IMG/VR virus record: IMGVR_UViG_3300048694_001005
Span: 116,566-180,565 of that record
DNA: 64,000 bases
From: a virus
Direction: 5' to 3' (one strand)
Both the position numbers and the translations under genes were made by a program. This document shows positions 56,340 through 63,570 of this stretch, one piece after another (the first letter of the stretch is position 1; each line of letters opens with the position of its first letter). Under the pieces are notes generated by a model that searched no databases, was not told where the DNA came from, and was given only the letters and a program-made list of their open reading frames with translations.

Positions 56340-57008
56340 ATGTTGCGCATGCTGGAAATACGTGCCGCCGAAGGCGGTGAAGATAGTAAATTGTTTGTCA
56401 ACGATTTGGCGCAGGCTTATCTGCGTCTAGCACAGCGAGCTGGCTGAACTGCCCGCCTGCTGGACCAACGTTCGGGAATTTGCACAATGCAGATCTCTGG
56501 CGCTGATTTAGCAGGCTTAGATAATGAACCCGGTGGTCACAGAATACAACGAATACCACCAACAGAACGACGCGGACGAGTGCATACCAGCACCGTTACC
56601 GTAGCCATATTAGATCCCGACAGGCCACAGACCACGATACTGGATCGTGATCTACGTATTGAATGGTACAGTGGTACTGGTGCGGGCGGGCAACATCGAA
56701 ACAAGCACCAAAACAGTTGCAGGATTACTCACTTACCCACAGGTATCATGGCCACCGCGCAATGTCGCAGTCGTGAAAATAGTTTAACTGAAGCACGAAG
56801 CTCTATTGTGCAGCGTGTAACTGCGGCGGCGCAGAATCGTGTCAACACTGAGCAAGCCGAGGATAGACGTCAGCAAGTGGGATCTGGTATGCGTGGCGAC
56901 AAGATTAGGACGTATATGGTTAGATATAATTCTGTAAAGGATCATGCAACAAATAAAGAAATGAGATTTGATGATTTTATGAAAGGTAACATCAATAAAT
57001 TATGGTAA
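56340..57008 (+). CDS. Class I peptide release factor (RF1-like, lacking N-terminal domain) with in-frame TGA at codon 36
   Basis: SD GGAGG; EIRAAEGGEDS..F, TGA at 56445-56447, EPGGHRIQRIPPTERRGRVHTS, GAGGQHRNK. Confidence 0.85.
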
Positions 57009-57010
57009 GA

Positions 57011-57889
57011 TTACCATTTTATTTCTTTATTCTCTAATACCAAGAATACATTATATCCTAAATTTTTCAATGAATTTAACTTACAGGTATTTCTTTTTTC
57101 GATGTCTGATCCAGGCTTGTTATTATTCCAGGTCCAGTTAGATTTAATTTCAAAAATATTTATATCATCTATGATAAAATCAGGGAAACACATTCTATCT
57201 TGTTGCCGAGTTACATCAAAATACCAGAATCCTTTGCCGCGACGAACATGATTTTCAATTTCGCTGTTGAAAATATCGTATTGTTTATGCAAGAAGCTTA
57301 ATTCAAGAGACCCTTGATAATACAATGATGTATTTTTGTATTTGCACATTTTATATCCGCGAAACATACCTTTTCGCAATGCAGTCTCAAATTTTGTCAA
57401 CCCGTTTCTATCTATTTTATTCATAGTTTCTAATCGTCGGCGAATTGATGTTTCGTGGATTGTTAAACCGGTTTCTGCATTCATTGTATTTTTCTTTGTC
57501 TGACCTCCACGTTTTGCGGCGTCGCTTGAAAGTGAATCATTTCGTTTTGTTTTTGATATTTTATTAGCAGTATTTTCGGCGATAGTTCTACCATTTGGTG
57601 TTAAAGTATTTTTCTTGGTATCGTGTGCTTTATATGCTCTGGCTACATCTAATGGTAATCCGGTTTGTGCATCAATTTTGGTTGTCCTAGTTAATCTAAT
57701 TTTTTCGAGTCTGAGTTCATTTGATGTTTTGCCAGTAATCGGGTCTATTTTTTTAAAAGCATTTTTAATTGATAAACCGGTTTTCTTTGACTTTTCTGGG
57801 CAATTGTTGGCGTGCTTAGAACACCTCCATTTTTTGGTATTTTTAGAATAGAATTTTGCTTCTTTGCCGCATCCATGCTCGCATAACAT
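57011..57889 (-). mobile_element. Free-standing endonuclease (Zn ribbon, repeats, TnsA-like PD-(D/E)XK C-terminus)
   Basis: CEHGCG...CSK..N.CP; D..TG repeats; YQGSLE...PDF....FEIKS; own SD and ATAAATA on - strand. Confidence 0.75.
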
Positions 57890-57923
57890 AATGCTCTCCT
57901 TTGCATTATTTATGCCATAAATG

Positions 57924-58028
57924 ATTCGCACATATCGTTTTCAGGATGATGTGGTACAGGATCATAGAACGGGGCGTCGTGCGCAGGTCAGTGCTGTGAT
58001 GCGTGGTCAATTTGACAAGTTATGGTAA
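57924..58028 (+). pseudogene. Displaced original 3' end of the release factor gene
   Basis: IRTYRFQDDVVQDHRTGRRAQVSAVMRGQFDKLW*, homologous to the RF C-terminus at 56904-57008. Confidence 0.8.
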
Positions 58029-58073
58029 GATAATATTTGACCGTGCGGCGCCAAAATGCTTAAATAGATATAA

Positions 58074-58153
58074 CTCGGTGTCGGATAGCCAGGCTCATTC
58101 CACCTGCTTTGGGAGCAGGCACTACGTAGGTTCGAATCCTACCACCGAGACCA
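58074..58153 (+). tRNA. tRNA-Pro(TGG)
   Basis: CCTGC-TTTGGGA-GCAGG; CCA. Confidence 0.9.
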
Positions 58154-58157
58154 ATTT

Positions 58158-58416
58158 TCAACACTTGACTCCACGCGGGTTGCTGCAAGCAATCTGAGGA
58201 AGTTCAGGACAAGCGCCAGGAGCGTATGGGAGATTGGGGTGGGCAGCACAGCCGATAGGCATGCTAGCCGATAACAGACAACGCGGCCCTGATCATTAAC
58301 ACCAGCGTGATATAGCTTGCAAGCCAAACAGAATGTGATAACTCTTGGATTATACATTCGGGTAGGTGCATAGATGAATGTGGAGATAAAACAGAATCCT
58401 GGCTATGGAGTGTTGA
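58158..58416 (+). ncRNA. rnpB: RNase P RNA (compact bacterial-type)
   Basis: GAGGAAGTTCAGG, GCAAGCCAAA, CGGGTAGG, TAGATGAATG, ACAGAATCCTGGCT match bacterial RNase P conserved regions; P1 and P4 pair. Confidence 0.88.
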
Positions 58417-58424
58417 AATCTTTT

Positions 58425-58508
58425 GCCCCGGTGGTGGAATGGTATACACGACAGTTTGAGGGACTGTTGCCGCAAGGCTTGGGAGTTCGAGTCTCCCCCA
58501 GGGCACCA
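58425..58508 (+). tRNA. tRNA-Leu(GAG)
   Basis: ACAGT-TTGAGGG-ACTGT; long V arm; CCA. Confidence 0.92.
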
Positions 58509-58545
58509 ATAATTTTTGTCTGCAACGCGGTGCCGTAAATACAGT

Positions 58546-59661
58546 ATGATTCAGCACCCAGACAAGTTTGGATTCTATCGTGTTGGCGATTTCAAAACAT
58601 ATAGTAAAATCGAGGCTATAGAGCTATCCAGAAGATTAAAAAAAGAATCTACTTGGCATTTTAATGACGAAGTATTTGGCAGTTATGACTGGACCGTTGA
58701 GCCCAATATTGATTTGTGGGAATTATATAAACAACGTGCTAGGCAAATACGTGAGGCCTATGACTATGTAGTTTTGTGGTATAGTGGTGGCAGTGACAGT
58801 CACAATATTTTGCATTCCTGGTTAGCAGCTGATTGCAAGATAGATGAGATAGCAGTTACTTGGAATTATAAAGGTTCAAAAACAAGACAAAGTCATTACA
58901 ATGCTGAAGTTGATAGGGTCGTTTTACCTGATATTGAGGAATTAAAAAAACAGGGATATGATTTCAAATTTAGGCTAATAGATATTAGCCAACTAAGTTT
59001 GGATACTGTAAATGAATTTGGATATAATTTTGTCTATTATGTAAACAGGTCCATGTCTGTAAATAGTGCGGCCAAAAGTTTGTTGCGAGATAAAATAGAC
59101 GATTATAAGAGAATAATTGACAGCGGAAAGAAAATGTGTTTTGTTTGGGGTATAGAAAAGCCTTGTGTGTCTTTATTATCAAATCGTTATGTATTTAATT
59201 TCTCTGATGCAATAGATGGCGGTTCTATAAATCCTTATGTGCAAAATAGATTTTTTAATGGTTGGTATGATGAATTATTTTACTGGTCTCCAGATTTCCC
59301 GTTATTGCCAATTAAAGCTGCTCATGTGTTAAAAAATTTTTTACGTACATGTCATGATCCCAATTGTTATCAAGATAATCCTAGTTATTATGGGTTTAAT
59401 CAAATTTTACAGCAATATATTAAAGTAGAAACAGTTAAGACATTGATTTATCCTTACTGGAACAATAATATTTTTTGTGATGGCAAAAGTGAAAGTGTGA
59501 TGATGAGTAAACGCGATTCTTGGTTCTTTAATAGCAATTTAATAGAATCTCAAAAGTTCAAACAATCAATTTATACAACAATACGATCAATAGGATCTGA
59601 TTGGTTGTCTAATAAAAATTTACGAATTCAAACATCTCAAACATATTATTTGGAAAAATAA
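58546..59661 (+). CDS. PP-loop protein (paralog of 36571-37710)
   Basis: LWYSGGSDS; after TAAATA. Confidence 0.6.
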   Translation: MIQHPDKFGFYRVGDFKTYSKIEAIELSRRLKKESTWHFNDEVFGSYDWTVEPNIDLWELYKQRARQIREAYDYVVLWYSGGSDSHNILHSWLAADCKIDEIAVTWNYKGSKTRQSHYNAEVDRVVLPDIEELKKQGYDFKFRLIDISQLSLDTVNEFGYNFVYYVNRSMSVNSAAKSLLRDKIDDYKRIIDSGKKMCFVWGIEKPCVSLLSNRYVFNFSDAIDGGSINPYVQNRFFNGWYDELFYWSPDFPLLPIKAAHVLKNFLRTCHDPNCYQDNPSYYGFNQILQQYIKVETVKTLIYPYWNNNIFCDGKSESVMMSKRDSWFFNSNLIESQKFKQSIYTTIRSIGSDWLSNKNLRIQTSQTYYLEK

Positions 59662-59701
59662 ATTACAAGAATCAATGAGTTACTGTTTCTAAAAATAACT
59701 G

Positions 59702-59729
59702 TTGACAGCCTGATAAATTAGTGTATAAT
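59702..59729 (+). promoter_or_regulatory. Sigma70-type promoter of tRNA operon 3
   Basis: TTGACA-16-TATAAT. Confidence 0.8.
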
Positions 59730-59962
59730 ATTGAACATGTAGTTAATGCAGCTAGGTGGTGGTGAAGTAAAGCCTAGTCAGGACACAGAACGAGATAACT
59801 TCAAAGTTCGCACTGGTTTCGAATCCAGTCAGCTGCTGAGCTCTTTAAAAATTTGCGCCGATACCCATCGCGTTGTATTTGGGATCGCCCGGTGTCTTCC
59901 GGGAAGCAGGTAATAAGAAAACTAGGGATTGCGATTTCTAGTAGAAATAACTGTGGTGCAAA

Positions 59963-59976
59963 TGCTCTTTAACAAT
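59963..59976 (+). promoter_or_regulatory. rrn-type boxA antitermination site
   Basis: TGCTCTTTAACAAT matches the E. coli rrn boxA; second near copy GCTCTTTAAAAAT at 59840-59852. Confidence 0.75.
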
Positions 59977-60453
59977 ACGGCGTTATTCACATGCACACAA
60001 ATGCGTAGGCCACGCAGATAGAGGTGGGATCTAGCTTTGCCCCGTGATTGGAGCAAGGTTGGCAGGTTCAAGTCCTGTGAGTGTGCAGTTGAATAATGCT
60101 GTGACTATATTGAAACACATTAATGACAATTTAACGGGCAAGCAGTAATCATTCAATTGATTATTCCGTGTCATACCGAAGACTTGGTATAACGGTTAGT
60201 GTGTTTCAATATGGCGATGGCAACAGCATGAGCGTGGTTCGATTCTCGAGATAAGAGCCCGGACATGCGTTGGCTCAAAAGAGGAAGTCATGAGCCTCTT
60301 GAGCCAAAGATATTGGTTCGATTCCAATTTGCTGTCACCATATTAAATCACATTGAGGTGAGTTACCGCAGAGACGGCCGTCTTTGTAGTTGGCGCGATC
60401 CAACTTGGTTCCCTGGGTTCGATCCCCAGCAGTGTGATTTAATATGGTGACAG
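59977..60453 (+). repeat. Tandem long-stem units enclosing tRNA-like loops
   Basis: Inverted repeats 59977-59998/60080-60102, 60105-60123/60196-60214, 60332-60355/60430-60453. Confidence 0.75.
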
Positions 60454-60459
60454 AATTAT

Positions 60460-60537
60460 GCGGGTGGACAGGACAAGGGGCGTCCAGCGGATTTCCAATC
60501 CGCAGATCGCGGAGTTCAACTCTCCCCACCCGCTCCA
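60460..60537 (+). tRNA. tRNA-Gly(TCC)
   Basis: GCGGA-TTTCCAA-TCCGC; CCA. Confidence 0.88.
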
Positions 60538-60621
60538 GAACATGAGTCGAGGGTAGTGGCCTCAACACGTTGCCTAGGGTAGTTCACTGCTACCCAAAAC
60601 AGCGTGGACTCCCGATTATTT

Positions 60622-60707
60622 GCCTGGGTGGTGGAACGGTATACACAACGGACTTAAAATCCGTCGCCTTTACGGGCTTGAGGGTTCGAATCCCTCCCCA
60701 GGCACCA
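60622..60707 (+). tRNA. tRNA-Leu(TAA)
   Basis: ACGGA-CTTAAAA-TCCGT; long V arm; CCA. Confidence 0.93.
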
Positions 60708-60808
60708 TATTGAAACGTATTCAAAGACTGTGGCCACAGTCCAGCTGGCAGCAGGGTTCAGATATCTGACACGTTGGGTTCGATTCCCAGAGTATGTTTC
60801 AATATGGT
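60704..60808 (+). repeat. Long-stem unit enclosing tRNA-like loop
   Basis: ACCATATTGAAACGTATTC/GAGTATGTTTCAATATGGT 19 bp; inner T arm TGGG-TTCGATT-CCCA. Confidence 0.75.
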
Positions 60809-60821
60809 AACAAATGAATTT

Positions 60822-60917
60822 GCTCCTGTAGCATAATGGTCAATGCTCCAAGCTTATACCTTGGCGATGCCTCTAGATGAGGGGATGATGTAGGTTCGAA
60901 TCCTACCGGGAGTACCA
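60822..60917 (+). tRNA. tRNA-Ile(TAT) with long extra arm
   Basis: CCAAG-CTTATAC-CTTGG; extra arm CCTC/GAGG; A73-CCA. Confidence 0.82.
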
Positions 60918-60925
60918 GAATTAAT

Positions 60926-61002
60926 CTGCCTGTAGCTCAGTTGGACAGAGCACGAGCCTTCTAAGCTTGGGGTCGGGGGTTCGAATCCCTCCAGGCAGGC
61001 CA
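60926..61002 (+). tRNA. tRNA-Arg(TCT)
   Basis: CGAGC-CTTCTAA-GCTTG; CCA. Confidence 0.93.
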
Positions 61003-61019
61003 CAGTTAAATAGATATAT

Positions 61020-61095
61020 GCGTCCTTAGCGCAGCGGTAGTAGCATCGCCCTTACAAGGCGGAGGTCGTTGGTTCAATCCCAACAGGACGCACCA
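61020..61095 (+). tRNA. tRNA-Val(TAC)
   Basis: TCGCC-CTTACAA-GGCGG; CCA. Confidence 0.93.
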
Positions 61096-61101
61096 AATTA
61101 T

Positions 61102-61176
61102 GCCCCGATAGCTCAGTGGTAGAGCAACCGCCTTGTAAGCGGTAGGTCGTCTGTTCAATCCAGACTCGGGGCACCA
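61102..61176 (+). tRNA. tRNA-Thr(TGT)
   Basis: ACCGC-CTTGTAA-GCGGT; CCA. Confidence 0.93.
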
Positions 61177-61217
61177 ACTTAAACACAGGCATAAATAAAA
61201 TAAAAGGTGCTTGTGGT

Positions 61218-61649
61218 ATGAAAAAAGTAAATTACAGAAAATGGCAATGTTTAGAGTGTGGGACTACGCATGAAACACTACCATGGAAAACTGGAATGTT
61301 TTGCGATAATGCATGCCAAAGAAAATTCCAAAGAAAAGAAAGAATAGCACAGTGGTTAAATGAAGGAATCGATTGGAAAAATAACAGACGGGTTCCCGAT
61401 TGGGCGAGGCAGCATATAACTGAGCGAGATGGACATAAATGTTCCGTTTGCGGAATTAATACCTGGAATAGTAAAAGTATTGTTTTTGAAATTGAACATA
61501 AAGATGGCAACAGTGAAAATAATTTAGAAAACAATCTTTGTTTAATCTGCCCTAACTGCCATAGTCAAACGGATACCTATAAAAATAAAAACAAAGGCAA
61601 AGGGAGACACTTTAGGCGCGTTCGTTACGCAGAAGGTAAAAGTTTTTGA
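61218..61649 (+). mobile_element. HNH endonuclease
   Basis: CSVCG...EIEHKDGNSENN..NNL.LICPNCH; CATAAATA upstream. Confidence 0.88.
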
Positions 61650-61663
61650 AGCACCAAGTTTTG

Positions 61664-61738
61664 GGTGATATGGCCTAGATGGATGGGCACGGGTCTCATA
61701 AGCCTGCCAGGTTGGATCGTTACCAACTATCACCACCA
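61664..61738 (+). tRNA. tRNA-Met or Ile2 (CAT)
   Basis: CGGGT-CTCATAA-GCCTG; acceptor GGTGATA/TATCACC; CCA. Confidence 0.82.
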
Positions 61739-61912
61739 AGTTTCACTGCACAGTAAAAACAACGGAGAGGGTGTGCGGGTTCGAGTCCCGGCTGAGGCGG
61801 CTGGAAGGCCGGACTTGGCTGTCTCCCGGTGATTTAGGAGTACTCCTGGCGCCAGACTTCCCGATGCTGGCACAGGGAAGGGCAGTCGGGAAGCTGCCCG
61901 AGAGTTTTAGCA

Positions 61913-61986
61913 GCCCCCATAGTATAAAAGCATTACACGGCTTTGGTAAAGCTGAGACAGAGGAGCGTTACCTCTTGGGGGCACCA
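61913..61986 (+). tRNA. tRNA-Thr(GGT)
   Basis: CGGCT-TTGGTAA-AGCTG; CCA. Confidence 0.88.
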
Positions 61987-61993
61987 CAAATAT

Positions 61994-62081
61994 GGAGAGT
62001 TGGTAGAGCGGCCGATTACACCGGTCTTGAAAACCGGAGAACCGCAAGGTTCCGTGAGTTCGAATCTCACACTCTCCGCCA
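61994..62081 (+). tRNA. tRNA-Ser(TGA)
   Basis: CCGGT-CTTGAAA-ACCGG; long V arm; CCA. Confidence 0.93.
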
Positions 62082-62099
62082 AATTAAAGGAAATAAAAA

Positions 62100-62312
62100 T
62101 TGTTTAAAGTTTATTGGACCACGAACACCGGCGCGGTGCACGGTCAAGAGATAGCGGAATTAACCGCAGCATTACAAAGAACACAAGAATTGCGAAACAG
62201 TGGCTTAGCACGATTTGTCACTGTGATAGCAGAAGATCCCAACTGCACCAGTTTACCGGGTGCAGTAGTAATGGATCAAGCGGATTATCACTGGCGGAAA
62301 CGTCGTCGATAG
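62100..62312 (+). CDS. Small hypothetical protein
   Basis: SD AAGGA; TTG start. Confidence 0.5.
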   Translation: MFKVYWTTNTGAVHGQEIAELTAALQRTQELRNSGLARFVTVIAEDPNCTSLPGAVVMDQADYHWRKRRR

Positions 62313-62321
62313 TTAAGCAAT

Positions 62322-62398
62322 GCCCTGGTGACGGAATTGGCATACGTGTCAGACTCAAAATCTGAATTCTGTGGGTTCGAGTCCCACCTGGGGCACCA
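62322..62398 (+). tRNA. tRNA-Leu(CAA), short variable region
   Basis: TCAGA-CTCAAAA-TCTGA; 5-nt V loop; CCA. Confidence 0.88.
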
Positions 62399-62419
62399 AA
62401 TTATATCAAAGGAGAAGCA

Positions 62420-62614
62420 ATGCGCAAACCAAGTCGTGGTACGGATTTAGATCGTCAAAAATGTGTAGCTGAAGCTGGTGGCAATCAATTTGATCTAGTA
62501 TTATTAGCAGCAGCACGAGCACGGCAATTAATGACAGAACGCAGTGACGCCGACAATTGTAACTCACCCATGACTGCGTTGTTAGAAATTCAGTCGGGCG
62601 AGTTGAAGAAATAG
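62420..62614 (+). CDS. rpoZ: RNA polymerase omega subunit-like protein
   Basis: GNQFDLVLLAAARARQL ... ALLEIQSG matches the omega signature; SD AAGGAG. Confidence 0.7.
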   Translation: MRKPSRGTDLDRQKCVAEAGGNQFDLVLLAAARARQLMTERSDADNCNSPMTALLEIQSGELKK

Positions 62615-62689
62615 CGCGGGTAGCTCAGAGGCAGCAGCATCTGCACGACATGCAGAAGGTCGAGATTTCGAAATTCTCTCCGCGTACCA
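62614..62689 (+). tRNA. tRNA-Val(GAC)
   Basis: TCTGC-ACGACAT-GCAGA; CCA. Confidence 0.82.
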
Positions 62690-62695
62690 AAATAT

Positions 62696-62769
62696 GCCCC
62701 TGTAGTTCAATGGTAGAACAACTGTTTCGTAAACAGTAGACGCCCGCTCGATTCGGGTCGGGGGCTCCA
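62696..62769 (+). tRNA. tRNA-Thr(CGT)
   Basis: ACTGT-TTCGTAA-ACAGT; CCA. Confidence 0.85.
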
Positions 62770-62777
62770 CTCATTAT

Positions 62778-62855
62778 GCGATTGTATGCCGCCACGGTCC
62801 TAACGTGGAGAAAGCTAATGGACACATGGAGGTTCGAATCCTCTCAATCGCGCCA
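62778..62855 (+). ncRNA. Atypical tRNA-like RNA (Arg CCT loop) without D arm in the normal place
   Basis: Acceptor GCGATTG/CAATCGC, G73-CCA, T arm, CCACG-GTCCTAA-CGTGG. Confidence 0.55.
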
Positions 62856-62919
62856 ATATCACCAAATAACTCAGACATTTATGTTGTCTTATGTTATACT
62901 AGGATATAACAAAGGAGAC

Positions 62920-63462
62920 ATGAATATGCCGTATTATGCACCAAACGTAACATTCGCATTTCGCGAGGGAGATGAAGAACCATCACAAGGTGGTTGCCCA
63001 ATTGGTGGCGTTTTTGTAAACAAAACTAGCCATGAACTATTTGCTGGAAAACGTGTAATTATTTTCAGCTTGCCGGGCGCATTTACTCCCACTTGCTCAA
63101 CTTATCAATTGCCAGGCTTTGAAGAAAAATATGATGAATTTAAATCTCTGGGCATTGACGAGATCTATTGTGTCAGTGTAAACGACGCATTCGTAATGAA
63201 TGAATGGGCACGACAGTTGGGTATCACCAAGGTCAAGATGTTACCTGATGGCAATGGTGACTTTACACGCCTAATGGGTATGTTGGTCAGCAAGAGTCAA
63301 CTGGGCTTTGGTATGCGCAGTCATCGTTATGCTGCAATTTTGACTGATTGTGTACGTGACAAGTTATTCGTTGAAGAAGGTCGTGAGGATAATTATGCCA
63401 GCGATCCCTATGGCGAATCCAGTCCGGAAAAGGTCCTTGAATATTTAAAGCAAGCACAGTAA
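62920..63462 (+). CDS. Peroxiredoxin (Prx5-like)
   Basis: FSLPGAFTPTCS, VSVNDAFVM.EW, LPDGNG.F, RYA; SD AAGGAG. Confidence 0.92.
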   Translation: MNMPYYAPNVTFAFREGDEEPSQGGCPIGGVFVNKTSHELFAGKRVIIFSLPGAFTPTCSTYQLPGFEEKYDEFKSLGIDEIYCVSVNDAFVMNEWARQLGITKVKMLPDGNGDFTRLMGMLVSKSQLGFGMRSHRYAAILTDCVRDKLFVEEGREDNYASDPYGESSPEKVLEYLKQAQ

Positions 63463-63570
63463 AATTATATGGGCGGGAAACTGCCCATATAAATAAAATT
63501 GCAGGGTGGTCCTGCAACCAATGGTCTTTAATTTAGGCACTTAGACCATGTGCCGTAAAAGGAGAAAGTA

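Noticed and set aside
56487-57008. Annotation as PrfH or as a complete 173-aa ORF
   Set aside because: PxT motif is RF1-like, no rtcB neighbour in the window, and homology extends upstream through the TGA to ATG 56340.
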